A stretch of DNA of 26,326 nucleotides from a virus (lineage: Duplodnaviria > Caudoviricetes): the IMG/VR virus record IMGVR_UViG_3300037751_000123, positions 1 through 26,326 of that record; one strand, written 5' to 3'. This document shows, piece after piece, positions 15,660-24,059 of the stretch. The notes under the pieces are model-generated. The model did not search any database and was not told the origin of the DNA. It saw only the letters and a program-made list of their open reading frames with translations. The position numbers were made by a program, and so were the translations under genes. Each line of letters begins with the position of its first letter. Positions within the stretch are counted from its first letter, which is position 1.

Positions 15660-15907
15660 TTGTTTGCCCGGACATTCCACTTTTTCTTATCAAACCACTG
15701 CCCACCTATGATACAATTTGCCCCGCCTGGATGGTACACTTTCCCTTTGTGTCCAGCATGATCAGGCATAACATGTATCCCACAAAAAGGGCAAGGCAAC
15801 AAGTTCGACGGGGGACCCTGCGGCGGTGATGGGGCGGCACACTCAGCATGCGGCCCACGCTTCCCACAATCACATTGATCGTATTCCGGTATCACCATCT
15901 CCCTCAC
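15656..15907 (-). CDS. Small Cys-rich protein with a Lar-like LLPCPFCG motif
   Basis: LLPCPFCG and C-terminal WNVRA resemble Lar-family zinc ribbons; coupled to both neighbours. Confidence 0.5.
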   Translation of the reverse strand: MREMVIPEYDQCDCGKRGPHAECAAPSPPQGPPSNLLPCPFCGIHVMPDHAGHKGKVYHPGGANCIIGGQWFDKKKWNVRANK

Positions 15908-17316
15908 CTCAACCCATTGGTTTCAACGTTAACGCCGCCCAAGCAATCCCGCTCCACCCAGGCCACGAACTCCTGCATGACGTCGCTGTCCTTTTTGATG
16001 ACCCGGATCGGCATGGTGGGCCAGTTCCTCGCCTTAATCTTCAACCAATCCCCGAACCAGTTGAGGATGTGGGTGCCGTGCGGGATGCGGTCCCTGGCTT
16101 CTTCATCCCAGGTGTCCCACCAATTCCAGACGGTATCTACTACCTTCCTCACGTCACGACGGGACGGGACATCTAATACAGTTTCGGAAATGGCGGTCAA
16201 GACTGTCTCAATATCTGCTTTAGTGATCTCGTCTTCTGCTTCTTCTTGTCTGTCTTCCTGAATTTTTTTGAGGATATCAGGCGGCAATACCATGACTCTA
16301 AGCGCCTGACTAGTTCCTTTCATCTTGTTGTAGAGTAATCCCAGTAGCCCCAAACTTTTCACCCAACTTTTATCTTCAGGCCAATATCCTTCAACATAAA
16401 GCAGTGCCAGCGAATCAAGAACTCCACGAACCTGCGCCGGGGATAACTGGCGACTCAGATACTTGGGAGGGATATGCCGATCCTTCATCCACTTCGGGTC
16501 CACTGTCTTATTCTGGAATAGTGTCCCGTTGGCCAACTTACGGATCGCGGCGGCACAGTCCTTGTAAACTTGAGTGGAGGGGTTCTTGTGAGGAGCTGCC
16601 CCTTTAAGCCCGTTCCAATATTCCACGAACGGATCAGTTTTCACTGATTTGGTTGCAGGAGCGGGCGGCGGAACTAATGTGGCTCGCTTCCTTGTTCTTG
16701 GTGTTGTATTATTATACTGGGATGGGGTGGTTTCGTTTTGGATGGGTTGCTTATTTATTTCAGAGAGATCATTTTGAGGGGTTTCGTTTTGAGAAACCCC
16801 AGTAGATATATCTTTAGATATATTATTTACTTCTTTATTATTTACTTCTTTATTTGCACCCATTGGATTCAATGCCTGCATAAGACCCATTGGATTCAAT
16901 GCCTCCGAAGGGTTCTCAGTGAAGCACTCATGCCATTTAAAATGATAGCTGTTGTTTCGATGGAGCAACCTATCTTTCCCGGTTGGGTGTTCCCGCCTGA
17001 TAAATCCGTTTTCTTCCAGCCGACGCAAGGCCACCTGTACCACGCTAACGGAAGCGCCAACTTCTCCAGCCAATACTTCTTGTTTCGGATAGCACTTTCC
17101 ATCTTCCCCGGCATACTGTACCAGCCGTGCCCAGACTATTTTCTCAGTGAAGCTCATTACAGATATGGGCAAACGCATGATGCTGTTCGGGATGAAAGCC
17201 CCTATGAATTTGCGGTGGGGAATAAAATCGTCGCCGATTTCAAGTGGCCGGTTGTTGCGGTCTCTTTTGGGGGCATATTTTGCAGGATCAATAGAGAAGC
17301 GGGATGGTTTACGCAT
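15904..17316 (-). CDS. Replication-initiator-like protein with N-terminal winged HTH
   Basis: EKIVWARLVQYAGEDGKCYPKQEVLAGEVGASVSVVQVALRRLEENGFI...NSY, followed by a repeat-rich linker as in lambda O-type initiators. Confidence 0.75.
   Translation of the reverse strand: MRKPSRFSIDPAKYAPKRDRNNRPLEIGDDFIPHRKFIGAFIPNSIMRLPISVMSFTEKIVWARLVQYAGEDGKCYPKQEVLAGEVGASVSVVQVALRRLEENGFIRREHPTGKDRLLHRNNSYHFKWHECFTENPSEALNPMGLMQALNPMGANKEVNNKEVNNISKDISTGVSQNETPQNDLSEINKQPIQNETTPSQYNNTTPRTRKRATLVPPPAPATKSVKTDPFVEYWNGLKGAAPHKNPSTQVYKDCAAAIRKLANGTLFQNKTVDPKWMKDRHIPPKYLSRQLSPAQVRGVLDSLALLYVEGYWPEDKSWVKSLGLLGLLYNKMKGTSQALRVMVLPPDILKKIQEDRQEEAEDEITKADIETVLTAISETVLDVPSRRDVRKVVDTVWNWWDTWDEEARDRIPHGTHILNWFGDWLKIKARNWPTMPIRVIKKDSDVMQEFVAWVERDCLGGVNVETNGLR
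16711..16741 (-). promoter_or_regulatory. Phage-specific promoter motif, copy 3 (intragenic)
   Basis: CCAAAACGAAACC-ACCCCATC-CCAGTATAAT; shares the downstream AATACAA with copy 2. Confidence 0.7.
16778..16904. repeat. Iteron-like and AT-rich repeats, candidate replication origin
   Basis: ACCCATTGGATTCAATGCCT x2 (16858-16877, 16885-16904), TATTATTTACTTCTT x2 (16821-16850), inverted repeat GGGGTTTC/GAAACCCC (16778-16800). Confidence 0.6.
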
Positions 17317-17722
17317 TCAACTTCTCCTTCCACTTCTTCTCAACAAGTTGGAACTTATCTTGCATAGATGCATTCCATTCATATAATTTGAATGGGTATT
17401 GCCCAAGTATTCCGGCATCAATTAACACCTCAAGACAACCACCCACAGATATTTCATCTAATCCAGTGCGATTTTCAATGAAGTCACTCAGCCGAAAGAA
17501 ATTCACTTGCTTACTTGTGGGGGGCTGGCTATTGAGTTCTAATTCAATTTCACATAACGTGACGTACACCACGAGGAGCGTTCTCCCCATGCTGATGTTT
17601 TCATTTTTGAAAAGTTGGCGGAAAAAGTATAAAATTTTTGGATCAATAAAAATGTAAGGGAATTTTCTGGATTGGAATTCAGCGGTGGTGGTCTTGGAAT
17701 TACGTTTGCGTGGGATTGTCAT
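17309..17722 (-). CDS. Hypothetical protein, possibly HTH
   Basis: GGGAGG RBS; IENRTGLDEISVGGCLEVLIDAGIL is HTH-like; overlaps the initiator start. Confidence 0.6.
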   Translation of the reverse strand: MTIPRKRNSKTTTAEFQSRKFPYIFIDPKILYFFRQLFKNENISMGRTLLVVYVTLCEIELELNSQPPTSKQVNFFRLSDFIENRTGLDEISVGGCLEVLIDAGILGQYPFKLYEWNASMQDKFQLVEKKWKEKLNA

Positions 17723-17750
17723 GGCGGGCCTCCCTTAGAAGAGTTATGTG

Positions 17751-17833
17751 AAGAGAAGGGGGGTGGTCCTAAGATGGATTGCTTTGCAGCAACCCGACCA
17801 CCCCCTGTGTTACCGGCGCCCCGGCCTTCTCCC
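17751..17833 (-). ncRNA. Structured 5' leader upstream of the initiator operon
   Basis: Nested stems GGGAGAAG/CTTCTCTT, GCCGG/CCGGT, GGGGGTGGTC/GACCACCCCC and GGGTTGCT-GCAA-AGCAATCC, just downstream of a TATAAT at ~17848-17853. Confidence 0.5.
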
Positions 17834-17907
17834 GTTAAAACGTCCTCATTATAATTTATTCGCCGCTAAAAATAAAGAGGAATATTTTCTACAATGATTC
17901 CGGGCAG

Positions 17908-18129
17908 TTAGTTGTTGCCGGTATGAGGCCCAACCTTGCTCGCCCTCTTCATTGCGTTGCTCCTCGACTCCCTCCCCACCCGCTTCTGGCAGAGCTTGCA
18001 ATAGATGCGGGGCACCCCATTCCCACTCCAGAACATCCGTACCTCGTGGGTAACCTCGCAGAACGGACAAATACATGCCACCAGTGGATCATCATTCGAC
18101 ATCAAGCCTTCCTCCTCTACTTTATACAC
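17908..18129 (-). CDS. Small zinc-binding hypothetical protein
   Basis: CICPFC...IYCKLC; overlaps the upstream ORF. Confidence 0.55.
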   Translation of the reverse strand: MYKVEEEGLMSNDDPLVACICPFCEVTHEVRMFWSGNGVPRIYCKLCQKRVGRESRSNAMKRASKVGPHTGNN

Positions 18130-18407
18130 TCCCTGCCGCCATTATTTGCAGCACTGTGGTCAATCAACCGGCCAAGGGCTGCCCCCAGGTTTGAGAGCGC
18201 GGCAACCTGCTCGTTTTCTACAGCGTTTGCTGCCTTGATGGCGCGGTCGGTAAGTTGGTTCGCCAGCGCCCACGCCGTGTCGTAGTCAAGTTGTAGCGTC
18301 ACCTCGGAGACCTTTATCCTTGTGGTCTTCGTACACTCGACCGCGCCGTTTATGTCTCCCTTCCAGCCACTCATAATCGGCGGCCGTACAACTGTTTGCT
18401 CGCTCAT
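18117..18407 (-). CDS. Hypothetical protein
   Basis: GGAGG RBS; ATGA overlap with the primase stop. Confidence 0.6.
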   Translation of the reverse strand: MSEQTVVRPPIMSGWKGDINGAVECTKTTRIKVSEVTLQLDYDTAWALANQLTDRAIKAANAVENEQVAALSNLGAALGRLIDHSAANNGGRECIK

Positions 18408-19327
18408 TTCTTCCTCCCAATCAGATCAAACATCAATTTATCGGCATCCCATTGCGATAATTCGCCGGGGTCACCGCCCTCAATCTCTACGATCTGCACC
18501 ACGATAGCCGGGTTCAGGTTCTTCAAGCAGAACCCCAACGTCTCCGCCTGCCGTATCGCCTGCGGGTCGCTATCAAAAACCAGCACCACCTCTTTGTAAC
18601 CCGCCAGCAACCGGAGCTGGGCGGTGGTATAGCTGATTCCGAATGTCGCCACCGCCCCCGGCCCCAGCCGCCAGGCGTCCGCGATGCCCTCAACCACTAC
18701 CACCCTGGAGCCAGTGACCAGCCAGGAGCCGTACAGGCACTCCTTGTGATCTCTGGTTTCATCTTCCTTGCGACAAGCCTTGTATCGCAGCTCCGCCTTG
18801 CCGGTGTAGTCACGGCCTTGAAAGCTCACCATTCTGCCGTCGTGGTAGATGGGGGCGATGACGCGGAATTTGTAGGCGCCTGTCGGCCCGGTGAATTGCA
18901 GCCCCCACGTCTCAGTCAGCGCCACCGGATCGAACCCCCTGCCGACGAGGTAATCCACCGCCTTTTTCGGTGGCGTCTCGACAACTCCAGCAGGCCACTT
19001 CACTGAGCCGCGTTTCTTGGGGGTTGCAATCGTCTGTAACGCGGTTTTAGGGCCGCTCCCGTACCTTTCCCTTATCTGGGATAAAAGCGCGGGAGAGACG
19101 CCTACAAGAGCCTTTAACACGTCCCCCAGTTTTTTACGCCCGCACCGCCAGCAATTCCATGACCCCGTGTTGACGTTGACGCCGAGGTGATAATCCTTTT
19201 CACCGGGGCAGAACGGGCAGTGGATCTGAATCCAGCCGGGGGAGCAATGGCTGTTGCCAGCGGTGCGGAAATCGACGCGGTGGTCCTGGAAGAACTTGAG
19301 GGCGTCGAATACTTGCCGGGGTTTCAT
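18404..19327 (-). CDS. dnaG: DNA primase (zinc finger + TOPRIM)
   Basis: HCPFC...HLG...WNCWRCG, SFQGR, VVVEGIADA, VFDSD, GDPG; ATG 19327 overlaps the upstream stop. Confidence 0.88.
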   Translation of the reverse strand: MKPRQVFDALKFFQDHRVDFRTAGNSHCSPGWIQIHCPFCPGEKDYHLGVNVNTGSWNCWRCGRKKLGDVLKALVGVSPALLSQIRERYGSGPKTALQTIATPKKRGSVKWPAGVVETPPKKAVDYLVGRGFDPVALTETWGLQFTGPTGAYKFRVIAPIYHDGRMVSFQGRDYTGKAELRYKACRKEDETRDHKECLYGSWLVTGSRVVVVEGIADAWRLGPGAVATFGISYTTAQLRLLAGYKEVVLVFDSDPQAIRQAETLGFCLKNLNPAIVVQIVEIEGGDPGELSQWDADKLMFDLIGRKK

Positions 19328-19575
19328 TTCCGCCAACTCAATCCAACGTACCCGTAGCCCATCTTCCGCTGCCTGCGCATTTCCAAGATGGCTTTCAGGA
19401 GTGACCCACCCTCCCACACTTTGCAAGAGCATGTTGTTTTCTTTTTTGATCGAGGGAACTTTTCCGATGGTTCGTACATATCCGCCACCGACCCTTTCCA
19501 AACAAAGACTGCCCACTTTTCATCGTCTTCAGCTACTTCCTGATGCTCTTCCGGGATTCCAACGTACTTACACAT
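19324..19575 (-). CDS. Hypothetical protein (83 aa)
   Basis: AAGGAG RBS before ATG 19575 (MCKYVGIPEE...). Confidence 0.55.
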   Translation of the reverse strand: MCKYVGIPEEHQEVAEDDEKWAVFVWKGSVADMYEPSEKFPRSKKKTTCSCKVWEGGSLLKAILEMRRQRKMGYGYVGLSWRK

Positions 19576-19604
19576 CGTGTTTTCTCCTTTTGATTGGTTG
19601 TGGT

Positions 19605-20180
19605 TTACTTCCGCATCTCCAACAATTCCTTGATGACCTGTTCCCGTAACGCCTTGTTCTCCTGCTCCAGCTGGGCGACCGTGGCTTTCAGCGCCTTGAT
19701 CTGGTTCTTCAACGTCTTGATCTGGAGTTCCTTGCCGTTTTCGATGGTGACGGGCACCCGCTTGCCGGGGAAGACTTTCGCGATGATGTAGTGGAAGCCG
19801 GGCATCGTCGCGTACTTGTTCTTGTGGGATTCCACGGCGGCGAGGACTTTCGGGCGCTCGTCCTCGGAGAGGTTTTTCAGCGCCACCATGTTTTCGTAGC
19901 CGTATTTCAGCAACAACTCCCGGCCCTCCTGGAGCTGGAGGATTGCCATGATGGACTGGTAGCGAAGCATAGTCCAGCCGGTGATCTGGCGCAAGATGAA
20001 GGAGAAGTTCGCAGCCTTCCACTCCTGGGCGTTGGTTTCGGTGCCGGAGTAGAAGGAGGCTTTCTTCCAGGGCTCTTTGGCTTTTATTCCCAGCATCAAT
20101 TCGAAGATTGCAATATCCCCTTCGTTGGCTTTGGATTTCAACTCTTGGACTAATTGGTTAATTGCTCTTAGGTTCTGCAT
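19605..20180 (-). CDS. Hypothetical protein with C-terminal coiled coil
   Basis: AAGGAGG RBS; heptad pattern LQIKTLKNQIKALKATVAQLEQEN. Confidence 0.7.
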   Translation of the reverse strand: MQNLRAINQLVQELKSKANEGDIAIFELMLGIKAKEPWKKASFYSGTETNAQEWKAANFSFILRQITGWTMLRYQSIMAILQLQEGRELLLKYGYENMVALKNLSEDERPKVLAAVESHKNKYATMPGFHYIIAKVFPGKRVPVTIENGKELQIKTLKNQIKALKATVAQLEQENKALREQVIKELLEMRK

Positions 20181-20770
20181 TGTTCGACCTCCTTGATTAT
20201 ATTGGCGAGGGACTGAACCCGCCTTGTTATTGAGCAGACTTCTGCTCTTGTATGAAGCCCTGCCCCTTTTTTGATCTCTGCTTCTTTTGTAGCATATTCA
20301 TATTGGCATTTTCGACTGCAAAATTGAGTAGGGCATTTTTTTGCTCTCTTATCAACAAGTGTACGCCCGCTCAAAGTGAAAACAAGGTCACAATTATCGC
20401 AGATGATCTCCTCTTTTTTGATTTGCCACTGAGACCTACATTTTCGGCTGCAAAAATGAGAACTGTGTCTATTTGTTGCTGCTGGGGCTCTATAAAACAC
20501 AATTTCACATTGGTCACATTTTACAGGCTGTTTTATGGTTCTGAATTTGTAAGTACACCTAATACTGCAAAAATGGTGGACGCCTCGGCTTGCTTTTGCT
20601 GGAGCCTTATATACTTTAGCCCCACATTGATCACATTTTATTGCAACGGGTTCTTTTCTTAGAGACATCACCCGACACTTTTGGCAACAAAAGTTGTTTT
20701 CTCTTATCCTAATCGGCTCTCTATAAAACAGAACCCCACACTGATCGCATTTCACATTCGGGGCTTTCAT
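20168..20770 (-). CDS. Protein with four tandem CxxC...FCSxxC zinc-finger repeats
   Basis: Four units such as VKCDQC...HFCSRKC; AT-rich relative to neighbours; no nuclease motif seen. Confidence 0.7.
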   Translation of the reverse strand: MKAPNVKCDQCGVLFYREPIRIRENNFCCQKCRVMSLRKEPVAIKCDQCGAKVYKAPAKASRGVHHFCSIRCTYKFRTIKQPVKCDQCEIVFYRAPAATNRHSSHFCSRKCRSQWQIKKEEIICDNCDLVFTLSGRTLVDKRAKKCPTQFCSRKCQYEYATKEAEIKKGAGLHTRAEVCSITRRVQSLANIIKEVEQCRT

Positions 20771-21072
20771 TTCCGCACTCTTATTCTGGGAATGAGTTTG
20801 ACCGGGAAATCATAAAAGACTGTTTTCTTGCCTGGTTCAATGAAAATAGATTCCGATGGCTCCTCTGCTTTAATAGACAGCAACCCACTTTTGCAGGCGT
20901 GGTGGCACTCCTCCCCGCAGCTCACCCGATGGCACAGTACGTTATCCACCCACTGCCGTTTGGTCTTGGCGTCCTGGAATTGTTTCGGGCAGTATGGCGG
21001 CGGGTTCTCCCGGTGGCCGCCCCAGTTTCCGGTGGCCCCGGTGCAGTCGTTGGCGTCATATGGTCGGCTCAT
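20767..21072 (-). CDS. Hypothetical Cys-containing protein
   Basis: ATGA-coupled on both sides; GGGAG RBS. Confidence 0.55.
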   Translation of the reverse strand: MSRPYDANDCTGATGNWGGHRENPPPYCPKQFQDAKTKRQWVDNVLCHRVSCGEECHHACKSGLLSIKAEEPSESIFIEPGKKTVFYDFPVKLIPRIRVRK

Positions 21073-22793
21073 TGTTCTCTCCCTTCGTTGCGCTTCACCA
21101 CGGCAGCCAGTAAAGCAGTTATCAGTTCTTCATCCTGGGCTTCTCGCCCATCCACGACCTGTGCCAGTACTTGCAACTTGGCATCCAGCAACGCCGCGTT
21201 GTCTTCCTCAATGGTACCAGCCGCCACCAGATACCAAGACGTCACTGAATCCTCTTGCCCGATACGGTGGACGCGATCCTCTGCCTGCGCCATATCCCCT
21301 GGCGTGTCCCACAGTTCCAGGAATGCCGTGTTGGAAGCCGCTGTCAACGTCAACCCTTCCTTCGCGGCTTTGCTCCCCAGGAACAACCGGCAGTCGGGGT
21401 CATCCTGGAACATATCCTGCTGCGCCTGCCGACTCCCTTTGGTCGTCCCGGTGACTTCCGCGATCTTTGTGATCTTGCCAAACCGCTCCCGGATGGCATC
21501 GGCGACGAAGTGGTGGTGGACGAAAACCACCAGCTTCTCCCCGGACTCCAGGAAGTCCTCAATCCAGCGACATGCGGCGTCAAGTTTAGCACGGACGGCG
21601 GCTTGTTTCAACGCAATGATTTTGGAGATAGCCAGCAACTTGTCATCGGCTTCCGCCTCCGCAAGCTCCCGCTCCTCCCGTAGATATTCCCGCATGTACT
21701 TGGCTTCAACAGCCAGCGGCACCACGGCGCGGACCTTGGCGGGCAGCTCCTTCAGCACCTCAGATTTCAGCCGCCGGATCATCACGGTTTTGGTGAGGAC
21801 GTCGTGGAGTTCGGCTTGATTGGAGGCCCCTTTGAACTCCCAGCCGAACCCATTGTGTCGCGCCCCGCAGTACCGCTTCCCGAACTTGAAGAAATTGCGG
21901 AACTGGTGGGGAACCAGCGTATTCAGGACCGGAAAGAACTCAGCGGGCCGGTTGACGATAGGGGTGCCGGTGAGACATATGGCATTGGGGGTGGCTTTCA
22001 TCAGCTTGGCACCACCCAATCCCCGCCCGCACTTTGGGTTACGCAGCATGTGAGCTTCGTCGGCGATCGTAACCTTGGCCCCTTTCCCGATCAACCAATC
22101 CACCCACCCCGTGTTCTCAACCTCTTTGCGCTTCTTGACGCCATCCTCTCTTACTGTGGTTTCAATTTTGTTGCCGAGGATGTCGTAGTTGAGGACGTAG
22201 ATGGGGCCAGCGGGGTTCTTCTTGCCAGTGTGCTGAATGGTAAATGCAGCAGTCTTCCCCGGTTTCCCACTCAAGATGATGCTGGTTTCATCTGCCATCC
22301 ACTCCGCGATCTTTGCCGCCCACATCTCCTTGACGGCGTGGGGGCAGAGGATAACGGCGGGCCGCACATCCTTGTGGAGCTGGAGCCATGCGATGCCCTG
22401 GGCAGTCTTTCCGAGGCCCATGTCATCAGCAAGTAAGGCACGGCCATGGAAGCCATCAATTCTGGCGACTCCCTCTGCCTGGAAGGGGTGCAACGTGCAT
22501 TTGAGACCGGGGATTGTCTTATGGATTTTCTCAACCGGCGCGGGTTCGTGGGTCTTCGCCCAGGCAGTGAGTTCCGGGCAGAGTGTGAAGCCGTTGCGTT
22601 TCAAGGCATCCGCCATGGACAGGCTGGGAGGAGCGGACCACATCTTGTCTTCACTATGCCAGCGCCGGTCCTCAAAAGTCTTGACCAGCACAACCATTTC
22701 AGAGTTGTAGTCGAATCGGATTTCAACGACACCGCTTATGAGTTCTGCCTTTCGCATCGGGCCGCTCGCTTTCGCTTTGTTGGCGGGGTTCAT
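21069..22793 (-). CDS. SNF2-family helicase with N-terminal HARP-like domain
   Basis: IRFDYNSEMVVLVK...RRWHSEDKMW (HARP-like), LADDMGLGKT, DEAH, LTGTP, EGLTLTAA, QAEDRVHRIGQ. Confidence 0.92.
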   Translation of the reverse strand: MNPANKAKASGPMRKAELISGVVEIRFDYNSEMVVLVKTFEDRRWHSEDKMWSAPPSLSMADALKRNGFTLCPELTAWAKTHEPAPVEKIHKTIPGLKCTLHPFQAEGVARIDGFHGRALLADDMGLGKTAQGIAWLQLHKDVRPAVILCPHAVKEMWAAKIAEWMADETSIILSGKPGKTAAFTIQHTGKKNPAGPIYVLNYDILGNKIETTVREDGVKKRKEVENTGWVDWLIGKGAKVTIADEAHMLRNPKCGRGLGGAKLMKATPNAICLTGTPIVNRPAEFFPVLNTLVPHQFRNFFKFGKRYCGARHNGFGWEFKGASNQAELHDVLTKTVMIRRLKSEVLKELPAKVRAVVPLAVEAKYMREYLREERELAEAEADDKLLAISKIIALKQAAVRAKLDAACRWIEDFLESGEKLVVFVHHHFVADAIRERFGKITKIAEVTGTTKGSRQAQQDMFQDDPDCRLFLGSKAAKEGLTLTAASNTAFLELWDTPGDMAQAEDRVHRIGQEDSVTSWYLVAAGTIEEDNAALLDAKLQVLAQVVDGREAQDEELITALLAAVVKRNEGREQ

Positions 22794-22836
22794 ATCGGTT
22801 TCCTTTACGCTTGTTTCTACTTATTTTTCTAGGATT

Positions 22837-23379
22837 TTACGCTAATGCCTGACGAATTTCAGTGAACCCCCGCCACATCTTCCAGTCGCTCCACCCAGCC
22901 GCCTTGAGCAGTCGCCGCAGGTTCCCCACCATGTGCTTCCGGCAACCCCGCGCCCCATCCATGACGTCTTCGGGGGCAGCGATAACCATGGCGGCAATTT
23001 CCCTGGCCTCCGGGGATAGGTGGTGGAGGACATCATAGAACTCTAGGATGGCGACGGGATCAACCCCACCTTCTACCGCCCCCACTTCTTCATCTATCCC
23101 TTCCGTTTTCGACATCACCCATCGCCACCCTTTTGGTTGTGTTGGAACGAAATCTCTATCGTAGCTCCTCGGCAGCTCCTCGGCGAGCATCTCATGTTGC
23201 AACACCAGGTAGAGGAACGACGAGAATTTACCCCTGGCGGCGTCGTAGCGGCCCAAGGCTTCATAAAACAACACGATCCCACGCCCCTCCAAGTCTTCCC
23301 ACTCCACGGCGGGGCATTGCTTGTGCTTCTGGTGGGCGATCTTGCGGATCATGTTGCGGTGGTTGTTGATGTCAAACAT
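22837..23379 (-). CDS. Phage sigma-70-family-like factor
   Basis: Region 2 pattern MIRKIA...EDLEGRGIVLFYEALGRYDAARGKFSSFLY and a diverged region 4 start LHHLSPEAREIA. Confidence 0.72.
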   Translation of the reverse strand: MFDINNHRNMIRKIAHQKHKQCPAVEWEDLEGRGIVLFYEALGRYDAARGKFSSFLYLVLQHEMLAEELPRSYDRDFVPTQPKGWRWVMSKTEGIDEEVGAVEGGVDPVAILEFYDVLHHLSPEAREIAAMVIAAPEDVMDGARGCRKHMVGNLRRLLKAAGWSDWKMWRGFTEIRQALA

Positions 23380-23380
23380 T

Positions 23381-23470
23381 TTAACCCCTCGCCATCAGTT
23401 CAAGGATTACACAGACAAATACTGCCATTATTACCCCCATAATTACCGCCCCAATCGGTTCTCTCCACAT
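23381..23470 (-). CDS. Tiny membrane peptide (29 aa)
   Basis: Hand translation MWREPIGAVIMGVIMAVFVCVILELMARG; GGAGG upstream; TGATG coupling; stop 1 nt before the sigma ATG. Confidence 0.5.
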   Translation of the reverse strand: MWREPIGAVIMGVIMAVFVCVILELMARG

Positions 23471-23652
23471 CACTTTTCCTCCTTCATGTGTTTTGGTGCT
23501 CGGTATACGAGGTGGCATCCAGGGCAGCTATCAGACCACGCCCCGACAATCATCTTGGCGCCGCAGATCGGGCAATAGCCGCTGGCCACTCGCCCCGGCT
23601 CCAGCGGAGACACGCGGGTTCTGGTTCGTATTCGCTTCCGGTGGATAACCAT
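23470..23652 (-). CDS. Small zinc-ribbon protein
   Basis: CPICG...CPGC; starts 1 nt after the upstream stop. Confidence 0.55.
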   Translation of the reverse strand: MVIHRKRIRTRTRVSPLEPGRVASGYCPICGAKMIVGAWSDSCPGCHLVYRAPKHMKEEK

Positions 23653-23653
23653 G

Positions 23654-23848
23654 TCAACGCCTTCTCACAGAGGATAAAGGCACTTCCCATCGCTCCTTAT
23701 ATTTGGTGGAGCTGACTACCGCCATTTCCCCATAGCGCTCCTCAAGTAGACACGCCACCTCTTTGGTTCTGTGGGGAGATGGGGCCATAACAGGCCGCTG
23801 TTCCGGCAAAGGCCTGCATAGTAAATGATTTGCAGTAAAGATATCCAT
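23654..23848 (-). CDS. Hypothetical protein
   Basis: GAGGAGG RBS before ATG 23848 (MDIFTAN...). Confidence 0.5.
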   Translation of the reverse strand: MDIFTANHLLCRPLPEQRPVMAPSPHRTKEVACLLEERYGEMAVVSSTKYKERWEVPLSSVRRR

Positions 23849-23859
23849 GTCGGTCCTCC

Positions 23860-24012
23860 TCACCCAAGTTCCTGCCGGATGTGTTCTTCCAGCACTTTTA
23901 TCTTACCGGGGATCTCCGGCTGTTGCTCTTTCTTCCGGCCAATAAGTTGTAGCGCGGCGCGGACGGTAATTGCTTTGGCGTTGACGGCGCGTATGATATC
24001 GAGTGGGGTCAT
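23860..24012 (-). CDS. Hypothetical protein (50 aa)
   Basis: Hand translation MTPLDIIRAVNAKAITVRAALQLIGRKKEQQPEIPGKIKVLEEHIRQELG; AAGGAG RBS. Confidence 0.55.
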   Translation of the reverse strand: MTPLDIIRAVNAKAITVRAALQLIGRKKEQQPEIPGKIKVLEEHIRQELG

Positions 24013-24031
24013 CGTGGTTCTCCTTGTGGGG

Positions 24032-24050
24032 AAAGGGGCCTTGCGACCCC
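24032..24050 (-). terminator. GNRA-capped hairpin, weak terminator or processing site
   Basis: GGGGTC-GCAA-GGCCCC followed by only TTT, just after the first early ORF. Confidence 0.35.
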
Positions 24051-24059
24051 GGTGGTTGG

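Noticed and set aside
16821-16904. CRISPR-like array
   Set aside because: Only two copies of each repeat with 0-7 nt between them, inside a coding region.
19324-20022. 232-aa ORF, and the upstream extensions of the primase, polymerase and dnaX ORFs in the track
   Set aside because: The extensions overlap other genes; RBS positions and stop/start overlaps support the shorter starts at 19575, 19327, 5383 and 3800.
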